Positions 36,272 to 46,475 of a stretch of 64,000 nt of DNA are shown piece after piece. The notes below the pieces were generated by a model. It was not told where the DNA came from, searched no databases, and worked only from the letters and a program-made list of their open reading frames with translations. The position numbers and the translations under genes are program-made. Within the stretch, counting starts at the first letter, position 1, and each line of letters opens with the position of its first letter. This stretch comes from an uncultured Christensenella sp. (GTDB lineage: Bacteria; Bacillota; Clostridia; Christensenellales; CAG-138): assembly GCA_964426415.1 (NCBI GenBank), contig CAYRQM010000001.1, forward strand, positions 2,803 through 66,802, read 5' to 3'.

Positions 36272-37948
36272 ATGTGGACTTTTCCCGAATTGGAATACAA
36301 GCGCTACGAGGTAGATGCGTTCCTTGCGGACGCCAATGCCGCATTGGATCGCTTTGAAGCTGCAAAGACGGCGGACGAGGCGTATGCGGCGTACCAAGCG
36401 CTCTCAAAGTGCGACGAACATCTGGGCACGGTCTGTACCATCAGCCACATTCGCCACGACGTCAACACCAAGGACGCGTACTACGACGCCGAAAACGATT
36501 ATTGGGACGAGAACCTGTCCCGCGTCGTCACCGTGCAGGAGCGCACGCTGAAGGCGTTGGTGAACCATCCGTGCCGCAAGGAGCTGGAACCCAAGATTGG
36601 AAAGATCGTGTTCCAAAAGGCAGAGGCGCAGATTGTCTTGGCAGACCCGCGCCTGATTCCCGATATGACTGAGGAAGCCAAGCTGGAGAGTCGCTATTCC
36701 AAGCTGACCGCGGGCTGCACCTGCGACTATCGCGGCGAATCGTGCAACTTCTACGGTCTGCTCAAGTTCATGCAAGACCCTGACCGCGCCGTGCGCAAAG
36801 GCGCCTTCGAAGCGTGGGCAACCATGTACGCCTCCATCGCCGACGAGCTGGACGACATCTACGATCAGCTGATTGCGGTGCGCTGCAAGATGGCAAAGAC
36901 CATCGGCATGTCCTCCTACATCGAGATGGCATACCTTTCCCGCGAGCGCTACGACTATACCAAGGCGGACGTCGAACGCTTCCGCGCAGGCGTGCGCAAG
37001 TACATCGTGCCGCTGTGCGCCAAGCTCTGCGAAAAGCAGCGTGCGCGCATCGGCGTAGACAAGCTCCGCTATTACGACGAAAGCCTTGCCTACCCCAACG
37101 GCAACCCCATCCCGAACGGCACCGAAGCCGAAATGGTCGCGTGGGCGCAGGAAATGTACCGCGAGCTGTCCCCCGAAACGGGCGAATTCTTTGATTTCAT
37201 GGTGGAGCACAAGCTGTTCGACCTCACGTCCCGCCCCGGCAAGCACATGGGTGGCTACTGTACCGATTTGCCGGATTACAAGGCGCCGTTCATCTTCTCC
37301 AACTTTAACGGCACCAGCGCCGATGTGGACGTGCTGACCCACGAAGCGGGACACGCGTTCCAAGCCTACCTTGGCGCACGCACGCTGCCGAGCATGGAGC
37401 TGGTGCAGGCGAACATCGAAATCTGCGAAGTCCACTCCATGTCCATGGAGCATTTCACCTACCCGTGGATGGAAAAGTTCTTTGGCGACGACGCGCCGCG
37501 CTACCGCGAAGCGCATCTGACTTCCGCCATGTGCGTCATTCCGTATCTCACCATGGTCGACGATTTCCAGCATCGCGTGTTCGAAAAGCCAGACATGACG
37601 CGGGAAGAACGCTATGGCGTCTGGCACGAGCTGGAGCAAATGTACCTGCCGTGGCGCGATTATGACGGCAACGCGTTCTTGGAAAAGGGCGGATTCTGGA
37701 TGCAAAAGCAGCACATCTTCCTGTACCCGTTCTACTACATCGACTACGCACTGGCGCAGATGGGCGCGTTCGACTTCTACCTCCGCATGCGTTCCAACCG
37801 CACCGAGGCGTGGGACAGCTACATCAAGCTGTGCAAAGCGGGCGGCAGCAAGGGCTACTTCGAGCTTTTGCAGGTCGGCGGGCTGCGCAATCCCTTCGAC
37901 GAGAACACGGTGCGCGACATCGCCGCCGCCATCGAACAGCTCCTGTAA
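36272..37948 (+). CDS. pepF: M3-family oligoendopeptidase F
   Basis: 558 aa from ATG 36272 after AGGAGG, with an HEAGH zinc motif (LTHEAGHAFQ). Confidence 0.85.
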   Translation: MWTFPELEYKRYEVDAFLADANAALDRFEAAKTADEAYAAYQALSKCDEHLGTVCTISHIRHDVNTKDAYYDAENDYWDENLSRVVTVQERTLKALVNHPCRKELEPKIGKIVFQKAEAQIVLADPRLIPDMTEEAKLESRYSKLTAGCTCDYRGESCNFYGLLKFMQDPDRAVRKGAFEAWATMYASIADELDDIYDQLIAVRCKMAKTIGMSSYIEMAYLSRERYDYTKADVERFRAGVRKYIVPLCAKLCEKQRARIGVDKLRYYDESLAYPNGNPIPNGTEAEMVAWAQEMYRELSPETGEFFDFMVEHKLFDLTSRPGKHMGGYCTDLPDYKAPFIFSNFNGTSADVDVLTHEAGHAFQAYLGARTLPSMELVQANIEICEVHSMSMEHFTYPWMEKFFGDDAPRYREAHLTSAMCVIPYLTMVDDFQHRVFEKPDMTREERYGVWHELEQMYLPWRDYDGNAFLEKGGFWMQKQHIFLYPFYYIDYALAQMGAFDFYLRMRSNRTEAWDSYIKLCKAGGSKGYFELLQVGGLRNPFDENTVRDIAAAIEQLL

Positions 37949-37964
37949 CCGAAATCTCATCTCA

Positions 37965-37990
37965 GGGTGGGCAGAAATGCCCACCTTTTC
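37965..37990 (+). terminator. rho-independent terminator after pepF
   Basis: GGGTGGGCA-GAAA-TGCCCACC then TTTT. Confidence 0.8.
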
Positions 37991-38031
37991 ATGTATAAAA
38001 AATCGACAAATACATATATATAAACTGATAG

Positions 38032-38059
38032 TTGACATATTGCAAACCTGTGGTAGAAT
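38032..38059 (+). promoter_or_regulatory. promoter TTGACA-16-TGgTAGAAT
   Basis: Read directly. Confidence 0.6.
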
Positions 38060-38082
38060 AAATACAGGTGAGAGGTACAAGT

Positions 38083-39183
38083 ATGAATAAATGGATGAGA
38101 ACGTTACTCGTGGCGTTGCTTGCCTTGCTGACGACAGCAGGCATTGTTTTACTGGGCGGCGAAAAGAAGGTCTATCTGAGCGGCGCCATTCTTTTGGTAG
38201 GCTCTGCGGGCATTTTGTCTATCAGCACCTACGGCTACAAAACCAAGAGCCAAAAGCCGTCGGTTCGGCTGCTGGTGCGCGCAAGCCTTTTGGCTGCCAT
38301 GAGCACGGTGCTGTCGCTTTGGCCCAGCATCCCCATCTTTCAGGCGTTTGGGTTTCCCGCAAAATTAGAGCTGTCCGACGTGCCGATTCTGCTGGGTGCG
38401 TTCGCGTACGGGCCGTTGTGGGGCGCGGCGATCGCCGTGGTCAAGAGCGTCATCAACATCATGATTCGCCCCGAAACGGGCATCATCGGGCTTGCAATGA
38501 ACATCCTGTCCTCTGTGGTGCCCATGCTGCTTGCTGCGGTGCTGTATGCGGGTCGCAAGACCCGCAAGCGCGCGATTTATTCGCTGGTCGCCTATGTGGG
38601 GGCGATGGTGCTGGTCATGATTCCCACCAACCTGTTTTTCTCAAGCTTATACTTTGTCGGCGGAAATTCCACCTATATGGATGGGATTCGCGTCGTGGCG
38701 AAGATGCTGCCATGGGTGGCGCTGTTCAATCTCATCAAGGCGGGCGCCTGCGCACTGATTACCGGCATTCTGTATAAGCCTTTGAGCACGACGGTGCTGG
38801 CAAAGGAGCTGCGTCCCGAAAAAGCGCATGCGCCGATGACAGTAGCAAAGTACAAAAGCAGGCGCAGCACCGCCATTTGGCTTACCTGTATCGGCGCGGC
38901 GCTGCTCGTCGGGCAGGTCGTGGTGTGGGCGGCAGTTTTGCATCCGTCCATTCTCGGCATCGAAGAATCCATCGGCGAATATATTACCAAAACAGCGGCG
39001 GAGTATCTGTCACCCGCACAGCCTTGGTATCAGACGCTATTCTACGGGCTGGTGTTCAATGTCATCGGCATCATGGGGCTGTTTATGGGCGGCAACGCCA
39101 TCTACCTGTTTGTGAGACTGCGAAAAATCAAAGAAAAGGGGCTTGCGGCGGACGAGCCCACGGAGCCGACCATCCAAGCATAA
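38083..39183 (+). CDS. ECF-transporter S-component-like membrane protein (RibU-like core) with N- and C-terminal TM extensions
   Basis: The core KLELSDVPILLGAFAYGPLWGAAIAVVKSVINI ... LPWVALFNLIKAGACALITGILYKPL aligns with my recollection of RibU/YpaA. 366 aa from ATG 38083. Confidence 0.65.
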   Translation: MNKWMRTLLVALLALLTTAGIVLLGGEKKVYLSGAILLVGSAGILSISTYGYKTKSQKPSVRLLVRASLLAAMSTVLSLWPSIPIFQAFGFPAKLELSDVPILLGAFAYGPLWGAAIAVVKSVINIMIRPETGIIGLAMNILSSVVPMLLAAVLYAGRKTRKRAIYSLVAYVGAMVLVMIPTNLFFSSLYFVGGNSTYMDGIRVVAKMLPWVALFNLIKAGACALITGILYKPLSTTVLAKELRPEKAHAPMTVAKYKSRRSTAIWLTCIGAALLVGQVVVWAAVLHPSILGIEESIGEYITKTAAEYLSPAQPWYQTLFYGLVFNVIGIMGLFMGGNAIYLFVRLRKIKEKGLAADEPTEPTIQA

Positions 39184-39188
39184 GCCAA

Positions 39189-39216
39189 GGAGCCTTCGCA
39201 GGAAGGCTCCTATTTC
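39189..39216 (+). terminator. rho-independent terminator
   Basis: GGAGCCTTC-GCAG-GAAGGCTCC then TATTTC. Confidence 0.7.
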
Positions 39217-39411
39217 GTTCCCATACCGCGCTTTCTTGTAGGGAACAAATGAGCGGTTTTCGCGCACAAAAGTTGCCCATTTGTCAAGCGGTTCTTTGCA
39301 TACGAATAGGATGCGCCGGCGATTCGTTCGTATTCTTATTGCAAAATGTACCGCAATCCCGCACGGCGGCAGGGGGTTCCGACAAAAATTGAAAGAATAT
39401 GAAAAAACCTC

Positions 39412-39440
39412 TTGATATTTTCATGTAAAGTTGTTATACT
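39412..39440 (+). promoter_or_regulatory. promoter TTGATA-17-TATACT (LysR gene)
   Basis: Read directly. Confidence 0.55.
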
Positions 39441-39476
39441 ATGCAAGATAAATATTCATCCCGTAAGGAGTTAACC

Positions 39477-40397
39477 ATGAATCTGCAATACTATTCCAAC
39501 TATGTCACCATCGTAGAAGAAGGCAGCTTGACGGCTGCGGCACGGAAGCTGCGCATTGCACAGCCTGCGTTGAGCAACCAAATCAAGGCGCTGGAAACCG
39601 CGTATGGCGCACGCTTGTTCTATCGCGGCGCACGCCGCTTGGAGCTGACGGACGCAGGCACGATCCTGTATCAGAAGGCAAAATGGATGTGCGAAGTCGA
39701 GACGTCCGCCCGCAACGAAATCGCAAGCGGTTTCAACGGTTCGCGTGGCACGCTGCGCGTCGGCATCACATCCTCTTTTGAGAACGAATACATGCGCAAC
39801 CTGCTGCGCGACTTTGCCGACCGCTATCCCGATACCGAAGTGCGCGTTTTCGAAGCCGATATGCAGGAGCTTGCAAAGAAGCTGCAAAACGGCGTCATCG
39901 AAGCGATGCTGATTCGTGCGCCCCATTACGAAACCGAAAACATGGAAGTGCTGCACACGCAGCATGACGATTTGGTGGCGGCATACCGCGACGGTTCCTT
40001 CTTCCAAGACATGGACAGCGACGCCATCACGTTTGAACAGCTTGAGAATCTGCCGCTGTCGGTGCTGGAGCGCAGCGTGCCTGCCTTCAACAACGCCTTC
40101 AAAACAAGGAGCGCCATCCCGACGATGAAGTTTATCAGCACCAGAATGACGGTTACGCTGATGTGGGCAAGACTGGGCAAGGGCATTGCACTGGTGCCGA
40201 AGCTTGCCATGAAGGAGCTGGGCTACGGCGATCTCAAGTACAAGACCATCGTTGACAACGACTTGCTGGTGCCGTCCGTCTCCGTGGTGGCGCAGCGCCG
40301 CAAGTACCGTTCGCAGGTCATCAACAACTTCCTTGCGCTGCTTGCCGAGGAGTACAACATCACCTACGATCAGCCGATCTTCCCGGACGAACGATAA
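39477..40397 (+). CDS. LysR-family transcriptional regulator
   Basis: 306 aa from ATG 39477 after AAGGAG. The HTH reads GSLTAAARKLRIAQPALSNQIKALE. Confidence 0.88.
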   Translation: MNLQYYSNYVTIVEEGSLTAAARKLRIAQPALSNQIKALETAYGARLFYRGARRLELTDAGTILYQKAKWMCEVETSARNEIASGFNGSRGTLRVGITSSFENEYMRNLLRDFADRYPDTEVRVFEADMQELAKKLQNGVIEAMLIRAPHYETENMEVLHTQHDDLVAAYRDGSFFQDMDSDAITFEQLENLPLSVLERSVPAFNNAFKTRSAIPTMKFISTRMTVTLMWARLGKGIALVPKLAMKELGYGDLKYKTIVDNDLLVPSVSVVAQRRKYRSQVINNFLALLAEEYNITYDQPIFPDER

Positions 40398-40452
40398 TCC
40401 TGCAGCGGGGCGAAAGCGTTTGCCCCATCCATTCTTTCGGAGGTTTCATTCT

Positions 40453-41133
40453 ATGAAGAAATTCATTGCATTGCTGCTCTGCCTCGTGCTTTGCATGGCG
40501 GCAGGCTGCACCAAAGCGACACAGCCCACGGATGCGGACGCGAACGCCGCGCCGACCGTGACGGACGAACCGACCACAACGGAGGAACCGACAATGAACC
40601 AAAATCCCATTGCAACCATCACCATGGCAGACGGCAGCGTCATGAAAATCGAGCTGTATCCCGACGTCGCGCCCAACACGGTCAAGAACTTCATCTCGCT
40701 TGCCAACAGCGGGTTCTATGACGGGCTCAAGTTTCACCGCATCTATGCGGGATTCATGATCCAAGGCGGCGACCCGAACGGCGACGGCACGGGCGATCCC
40801 GGCTACAGCATCAAGGGTGAGTTTTCCGTCAACGGCGTCAAAAACACGCTGTCGCACACCCGCGGCGTCATTTCCATGGCGCGTGCGCAACCCTACGATT
40901 CCGCAGGGTCGCAGTTCTTCATCATGCACGGCGACGCCCCCTCTCTGGACGGCAGCTACGCCGCGTTTGGCATGCTGATCGAAGGCTTTGACACCTTGGA
41001 CGCCATCGCCGCCACGCCCTGCACGACCAACGCATGGGGCGAAAAGTCCGTCCCCACCTACGACGTCGTGATACAAAGCATCACCGTGGACACGTTTGGC
41101 GTCACATACGGCGAGTCGGAAATCATCCAATAG
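40453..41133 (+). CDS. peptidyl-prolyl cis-trans isomerase, cyclophilin type, lipoprotein
   Basis: Lipobox MAAGC. Motifs FHRIYAGFMIQGGDP and SMARAQPYDSAGSQFFI. Confidence 0.9.
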   Translation: MKKFIALLLCLVLCMAAGCTKATQPTDADANAAPTVTDEPTTTEEPTMNQNPIATITMADGSVMKIELYPDVAPNTVKNFISLANSGFYDGLKFHRIYAGFMIQGGDPNGDGTGDPGYSIKGEFSVNGVKNTLSHTRGVISMARAQPYDSAGSQFFIMHGDAPSLDGSYAAFGMLIEGFDTLDAIAATPCTTNAWGEKSVPTYDVVIQSITVDTFGVTYGESEIIQ

Positions 41134-41148
41134 CCCTTTTGTTCCAAA

Positions 41149-41175
41149 CAGGACGCGGAAACGCGTCTTGTTTTG
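41149..41175 (+). terminator. rho-independent terminator
   Basis: CAGGACGCG-GAAA-CGCGTCTTG then TTTT. Confidence 0.75.
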
Positions 41176-41193
41176 TCGTGATGCAGAAAGCGG

Positions 41194-41222
41194 TTGCGAA
41201 ACGGTTGCCGCTATGCTATAAT
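41194..41222 (+). promoter_or_regulatory. promoter TTGCGA-17-TATAAT (prfB)
   Basis: Read directly. Confidence 0.6.
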
Positions 41223-41251
41223 GCACAAGAAATTTGGCGAGGAGAAACCCA

Positions 41252-42352
41252 ATGGTCGTACTGGACGAATACAAAATGCAGCTTGGCGAGCTGAATCAAA
41301 CGCTGACAATGGCGCACAAGCAAATGAATGTGGATGCGCTGGAAGCCGAGCAAAAAGAATTAGAAACACAAATGAGCGACGCCGACTTTTGGAACGATGT
41401 GGACAAAGCCAATTCGGTCAATGCCCGCGTCAAGTCCATCAAGACCAAGCTGTCCCGCTTGGCAAAGCTGGACGGACAGAGCGCCGACATCGATACCCTC
41501 ATCGAGATGGCAGAGGAGGAGGACGACGAGAGCCTGCTGGAGGAGATCAAATCCGAGCTGAAAGCCTTTGGCGACAAGATGTCCGCACTCCGCTTGGAAA
41601 TGCTCCTAAAAGGCCCCTACGACGCGTCAAACGCCGTTCTGTCGCTGCATGCGGGCGCAGGCGGCACGGAGGCACAGGACTGGACAGAGATGCTCTATCG
41701 GATGTACACGCGCTTTTGCGAGAAGCAGGGGTGGCAGGTGCATGAGCTGGATCTTTTGGACGGCGACGACGCAGGCGTCAAGTCCGTCACGTTTGAGGTG
41801 GAAGGCGAGAACGCCTACGGCTATCTCAAGGCGGAAAAGGGCGTCCATCGCTTGGTGCGCATTTCGCCCTTCGATTCGTCGGCGCGGCGGCACACCTCGT
41901 TCGCATCGTTGGACGTGACGCCCATCTTTGACGACGACACGGGCAGCATCAAGATTGAGCCGGACGACATTCGCGTGGACACCTACCGTTCCGGCGGCGC
42001 GGGCGGACAAAACGTCAACAAGGTTTCCTCCGCCATTCGCATCACCCATTTGGCGACGGGCATTGTGGTGCAGTGCCAAAACGAGCGCAGCCAGCTGCAA
42101 AACAAAGAGATGGCGATGCGCATTTTGCGCGGCAAACTTTTAGAGCTGCAGGAACGCGAGCGCGAGGAGCAAATGGCGTCCATCAAGGGCGAAATGAAAA
42201 AAATCGAATGGGGCAGCCAAATCCGTTCCTACGTCTTCCAGCCGTATACGCTGGTCAAGGACCATCGCACGGGCGCCGAAAACGGCAACATCCAAGCGGT
42301 GATGGACGGCGACTTGGACAACTTCATCTCCGCCTACCTCACCATGTCCTAA
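41252..42352 (+). CDS. prfB: peptide chain release factor 2, encoded in one continuous frame (no +1 frameshift site)
   Basis: 366 aa from ATG 41252 after GAGGAG, with SPF (RISPFDS) and GGQ (SGGAGGQNVNKV) motifs. Confidence 0.92.
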   Translation: MVVLDEYKMQLGELNQTLTMAHKQMNVDALEAEQKELETQMSDADFWNDVDKANSVNARVKSIKTKLSRLAKLDGQSADIDTLIEMAEEEDDESLLEEIKSELKAFGDKMSALRLEMLLKGPYDASNAVLSLHAGAGGTEAQDWTEMLYRMYTRFCEKQGWQVHELDLLDGDDAGVKSVTFEVEGENAYGYLKAEKGVHRLVRISPFDSSARRHTSFASLDVTPIFDDDTGSIKIEPDDIRVDTYRSGGAGGQNVNKVSSAIRITHLATGIVVQCQNERSQLQNKEMAMRILRGKLLELQEREREEQMASIKGEMKKIEWGSQIRSYVFQPYTLVKDHRTGAENGNIQAVMDGDLDNFISAYLTMS

Positions 42353-42361
42353 TCGAAAATC

Positions 42362-42392
42362 AAAACCCCTGCATCGTCTTGCAGGGGCTTTA
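42362..42392 (+). terminator. terminator after prfB
   Basis: CCCCTGCA-TCGTCT-TGCAGGGG with a weak T tract. Confidence 0.55.
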
Positions 42393-42405
42393 CCATAAAG
42401 AATGT

Positions 42406-42434
42406 AAAACGGAGCCAAGGCGGCTCCGCTTTTA
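42406..42434. terminator. bidirectional terminator between prfB and arcB
   Basis: AAAA-CGGAGCC-AAGGC-GGCTCCG-CTTTT, with A and T runs on both sides. Confidence 0.7.
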
Positions 42435-42440
42435 TATGGT

Positions 42441-43433
42441 TTACTTGTCCAGCTCGTCGGTGAGCGTAGCGACCATGACCGCCTTGATGGTGTGCATCCG
42501 ATTTTCGGCTTCGTCGAAGACGACGCTGTGACGGCTGCGGAAGACCTCGTCGGTCACTTCCATCTCGGTCAGCCCGTAGCGGTCGTGAATGTCGCGGCCG
42601 ACGGACGTTTCGAGGTCGTGGAAGGACGGCAGGCAATGGAGGAAGATCACGTCGTCGTTGCCCGTCATGCGCAGCATCTCCATGGTCACGCGATAGGGCT
42701 GCAGCAGGCGGATGCGCTCTTCAAACTGCGCTTCTTCGCCCATGGACACCCAAACGTCGGTGTAGATGGCGTCGGCGCCCGCTACCGCCTCGATGCGGTC
42801 GGACAGGGTGATGGTGCCGCCCGTTTCGGCGCAGATGGCGCGCATCTCCTGCACGAGCGTTTCGGACGGGAACAGCGTCTTGGGCGCGATGCCCACAAAG
42901 TGCATGCCCATCTTGGCACAGCCGATCATCAGCGAATTGCCCATGTTGTTGCGGGCGTCGCCCACATACACGAAGCGCACCTGATTGAGCGGCTTGTTGA
43001 CATGCTCCAAAATGGTCATCCAATCCGCCAAGACCTGCGTCGGATGGTACAGGTCGGTCAGCCCGTTCCACACGGGTACGCCGCTGTGCTTGGCAAGCAG
43101 CTCCACGGTGGTTTGGGAGAACCCGCGAAACTCGATGCCGTCATAGAAGCGGCCCAACACCTTTGCGGTGTCCTCCAAGGACTCCTTTTTGCCCATTTGG
43201 CTGTTGGACAGGAACGTGACGTTGGCGCCCTCGTCGTATGCGGCGACTTCAAACGCGCAGCGCGTGCGGGTGCTGGTCTTTTCGAACAGCAGCACGATGT
43301 TCTTGTTCGCCATGCGCTTGGGAAAGACGCCCTGTTGTTTTTCTGCCTTCAGCCGCTGCGCGAGCGACAGCAGTGCGCGGATCTCGTCGGGCGTGAAGTC
43401 ACGCAGGGTCAGTAGATTTCTGCCTTTGAACAT
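42441..43433 (-). CDS. arcB: ornithine carbamoyltransferase (probably catabolic, next to arcA)
   Basis: 330 aa with [17 protein letters not shown] and HCLP motifs. Confidence 0.92.
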   Translation of the reverse strand: MFKGRNLLTLRDFTPDEIRALLSLAQRLKAEKQQGVFPKRMANKNIVLLFEKTSTRTRCAFEVAAYDEGANVTFLSNSQMGKKESLEDTAKVLGRFYDGIEFRGFSQTTVELLAKHSGVPVWNGLTDLYHPTQVLADWMTILEHVNKPLNQVRFVYVGDARNNMGNSLMIGCAKMGMHFVGIAPKTLFPSETLVQEMRAICAETGGTITLSDRIEAVAGADAIYTDVWVSMGEEAQFEERIRLLQPYRVTMEMLRMTGNDDVIFLHCLPSFHDLETSVGRDIHDRYGLTEMEVTDEVFRSRHSVVFDEAENRMHTIKAVMVATLTDELDK

Positions 43434-43448
43434 AAGCTTTCTCCTATC

Positions 43449-44669
43449 TTATTTGGTAATCGGTTCGCGGACAAACGGCATGGACATACAACGTGGGCCG
43501 CCGCGTCCGCGGGACAGCTCGGCGGAAGGAATCTCGTGTACCGTGATGCCGTTTTCTGTGAGAATCCGATTGGTGACATAGTTGCGGGAATAGGTGATGA
43601 CTTCACCGGGCGAAACGCACAGCGTGTTCGCGCCGTCGTTCCATTGTTCGCGTGCCGCGTCGATCTCGCTGGCGCCTCCGCATTCGATGAAACGGACGGG
43701 ATCGCCGCCCAGCACGTCGCGGAATACGGTGGCAAGCGGCTTGTTCTCCTCGACAATCTTGAGCTTGTCGTCCGTCTTGGTCAGACGGAAGGTGCGCAGT
43801 CCGCGCATGATGTTGGGGTGCACGACGAACGTGTTGACGTCCACCATGGTCATGACGGTATCCAGATGCATGAAGGCACGCACCTTGGGAATGTCGATGG
43901 CGATGATTTGGCGGATGCCCGTTCGTTCGCCAATCAGCCGATTCGCCACCAGCTCCACCGCTTGGGGATCGGTGCGCTGGGACATGCCAAACGCGATGGC
44001 GTCCTCGGAAAGCACCAAGCAGTCGCCGCCCTCGATGGAGTGGACGTCCGCACGGTCGTGGTACTTGGGGACCCACCGATAGACGGGGTGATATTTGAAT
44101 ACGTACTTGGAAAACAGCGTTTCGCGCCGCCGCACTTCATTTGCCATGCGGGAAATCAACACGCCGTCGCCCACGCAGGCGAACGGGTCGCGTGTGAAGT
44201 AAAGGTTGGGCATGGGGTCTACATAAAAGGGGTATTTTTCGTCGATAAAATCGACCAGATGGCGCTTTTTGACGTTGGGAATGTCGGTCTTGCGCACGCC
44301 GCCTGCCATGATGGCAAACAGCTTGTCCAATGGCTGTGCGGCAAGGTAGGCGTTGACCGCCTGCTCCGCACCCTCCGCGGCGATGTTCGCTTCGCGGATG
44401 TACTCCCAAATCAGCTCATCCTTGGCGCCTGCATATTCGATTGCCTCGCGTAGGAGGTCTTCGAGATACAGCACCTCCACGCCGCATTCCCGCAGCGTTT
44501 TGGCAAATTGGTCGTGTTCCTCGCGGGCGTGTACCAGATAGGGAATGTCGTCAAACAGCTGCCGCGCCAGATAGTCGGGCATGAGGTTTTCCAATTCGGT
44601 GCCCGGCCGATGCAGCATGACCGTCTTGAGCTTTCCCACCTCCGACTGCACGCAGATAGGTTTGTCCAT
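43449..44669 (-). CDS. arcA: arginine deiminase
   Basis: 406 aa from MDKPICVQSEVGKLK (ATG 44669, 7 nt after GGAGGA). ArcA-like throughout, including a C-terminal GGPRCMSMP. Confidence 0.92.
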   Translation of the reverse strand: MDKPICVQSEVGKLKTVMLHRPGTELENLMPDYLARQLFDDIPYLVHAREEHDQFAKTLRECGVEVLYLEDLLREAIEYAGAKDELIWEYIREANIAAEGAEQAVNAYLAAQPLDKLFAIMAGGVRKTDIPNVKKRHLVDFIDEKYPFYVDPMPNLYFTRDPFACVGDGVLISRMANEVRRRETLFSKYVFKYHPVYRWVPKYHDRADVHSIEGGDCLVLSEDAIAFGMSQRTDPQAVELVANRLIGERTGIRQIIAIDIPKVRAFMHLDTVMTMVDVNTFVVHPNIMRGLRTFRLTKTDDKLKIVEENKPLATVFRDVLGGDPVRFIECGGASEIDAAREQWNDGANTLCVSPGEVITYSRNYVTNRILTENGITVHEIPSAELSRGRGGPRCMSMPFVREPITK

Positions 44670-44683
44670 AGCTTGATCCTCCA

Positions 44684-45541
44684 TCAAGGCGTCGTCCCCG
44701 TGTCGGAGAAGTACGCCAAAATTCCTTCAAAAATGCCGCGCGCCATCTTGGACTGAAACGTCGTGTCCGTCAAGTGCGCATCCTCATCGGGGTTTGTCAA
44801 ATAGCCCATCTCGATGCACACGACGGGACGCGTGCACCAGTTGAAAAACGTCAAATCACTGCGCTGCATCAAGCCGTCGTGCTTTTGCATGGTGATTCCC
44901 GTGATCGAACAGTAGCGTGCAATGATGACCTTGGCGGCGCCGAGGCTCTCGGCGTACCGCGTGGTGCAGCTTTCCGACGGAACGAGCATGAACGCACCCT
45001 GCACCGTCTCGTCGTCGGTGCCGTTGCAATGCACCCCAATGGCAAGATCCACCAGGTTGTCGTTCAAAATCTGCGCCCGCTCGCGGTTGGACAGATGCAC
45101 GTCGCTCGTCGTGCGGGTCAGATAGACCGTGGCGCCCGCTTCGCGCAGCAGCGTGGCAAGCTGGATGCACACGTCCAAATTGACCTGATACTCGCACACG
45201 TTGGACACCACGCCGCGGGTGCCCATGGTCGCCTTTGCCGTGACGATTGCCGAATCGGGCGCGTTGGGCTCGGTGATGGCGTCCGCCGTTTGTTGATGCC
45301 CCGGATCGATGCCGATGGTCACCCCGTCCAGCATGTGGGCGGTGGCGGCGCTTGCGGGCAGCGCTTTCGGCGCCTGCGTTGCTTCGGGCGCCGCTGTTGC
45401 AATCTGTACCGAAACGGGCGTCTCCAAAGGAAGCGCCGTCGCAGCCAAAGTGGCTTGCACCGCCGCTTGCGGCACTTCCCCGCAGGCAAACAGCCCAAGC
45501 CCCAACAGCAGGCACATCCCGATTAAGCAAATCCGCTTCAT
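44684..45541 (-). CDS. N-acetylmuramoyl-L-alanine amidase (Amidase_3 family) lipoprotein
   Basis: Lipobox LFAC. Motifs GIDPGHQ, EYQVNLDV, GVHCNG and CIEMGYLTN. Confidence 0.85.
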   Translation of the reverse strand: MKRICLIGMCLLLGLGLFACGEVPQAAVQATLAATALPLETPVSVQIATAAPEATQAPKALPASAATAHMLDGVTIGIDPGHQQTADAITEPNAPDSAIVTAKATMGTRGVVSNVCEYQVNLDVCIQLATLLREAGATVYLTRTTSDVHLSNRERAQILNDNLVDLAIGVHCNGTDDETVQGAFMLVPSESCTTRYAESLGAAKVIIARYCSITGITMQKHDGLMQRSDLTFFNWCTRPVVCIEMGYLTNPDEDAHLTDTTFQSKMARGIFEGILAYFSDTGTTP

Positions 45542-45547
45542 ATGGCG

Positions 45548-45576
45548 ATTGTAACAGACCTTTTCGATTTATGCAA
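45548..45576 (-). promoter_or_regulatory. promoter TTGCAT-17-TACAAT, N6 before ATG of the amidase gene (leaderless candidate)
   Basis: The minus strand reads TTGCATaaatcgaaaaggtctgtTACAATcgccatATG. No SD. Confidence 0.6.
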
Positions 45577-45602
45577 CCTTTTTGCGATTATGCACAGTCA
45601 GT

Positions 45603-46475
45603 TTATCCGTTTTGGGACTGAAAATACGCGATGATGCCGTTGAGAATGCCCTGCGCCATCTTGACTTGGAAGTCGGGATCGGTCAGCTTGCAGTCCTCCT
45701 CGGCGTTGGTCATATGCCCCATCTCGATGCAGACGATGGGACGCGTACACCAGTTGAACCCCGTTTGGTCGCCGCGATAGGTGATGCCCTCTTTCTTGAG
45801 CATCGCAATGCCCGTCTCGGCACAGTACGCGTCGATGATGCAGCGCGCCGCCGCAAGGTTTTCCTCGTAGTGGGTGGTGCGATACTCCTTCGGAATCAGC
45901 ATGAACGCGCCATGTACCTTGCGGTCGTCACTGCCGTTGCAATGCAGCCGAATGGCAAGATCGACCTCGGCTTCGTTGAACAGGATCGCCCGTTCGGAAT
46001 TGGAGATGTTCACATCGGCAATGTCGTGGGTCATGATGACGGTGGCGCCTGCGGCAACCAGCATGTCCCGCAAAAGCAGCCCCACATCCAAGTTGACGAC
46101 GTATTCGCGCACATGGGACGAAACGCCCATCGTGCCCGATGCGACCTTTGCCTTTGTTTCGGAAGCGCCGGGCGCAACCGGTTCTTGGGCGCGGTTGGGC
46201 GTCTGCTGATGTCCCGGATCGACGCCAATCACCAGCCCGTACAGCGCGGGCGTCGCGGTAGGCTCCGGCGTGTCGGTGGGAACGGGCGTGGGCGTCGCGG
46301 TGGGGACGGCGGTGGGCGCCGCAGAAGTGGGCGCGGGGACGTTGGTCGCCACGGATACCGATTCGGGCGTGGCAGTCGTTTCGCCCGTGGGCGACTCGCC
46401 CGCAGGCTTTACGCATCCAAGCCCCAACAGCAACGCCGCAAGGAGCAGCAAGCAAATGCCGCGTTTGATGGTCAT
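45603..46475 (-). CDS. N-acetylmuramoyl-L-alanine amidase (Amidase_3 family) lipoprotein, paralog of 44684-45541
   Basis: Lipobox LGLGC. Motifs [21 protein letters not shown] and [13 protein letters not shown] overlap with the recR stop. Confidence 0.85.
   Translation of the reverse strand: MTIKRGICLLLLAALLLGLGCVKPAGESPTGETTATPESVSVATNVPAPTSAAPTAVPTATPTPVPTDTPEPTATPALYGLVIGVDPGHQQTPNRAQEPVAPGASETKAKVASGTMGVSSHVREYVVNLDVGLLLRDMLVAAGATVIMTHDIADVNISNSERAILFNEAEVDLAIRLHCNGSDDRKVHGAFMLIPKEYRTTHYEENLAAARCIIDAYCAETGIAMLKKEGITYRGDQTGFNWCTRPIVCIEMGHMTNAEEDCKLTDPDFQVKMAQGILNGIIAYFQSQNG

Noticed and set aside
41252-41340. Programmed +1 frameshift site expected in prfB (CTT TGA C after about 25 codons)
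   Set aside because: The RF2 reading frame is continuous from ATG 41252 through the region equivalent to the frameshift site (..LTMAHKQMNVDALEAEQ..). There is no in-frame TGA and no internal SD, so this gene is simply of the non-frameshifted type.
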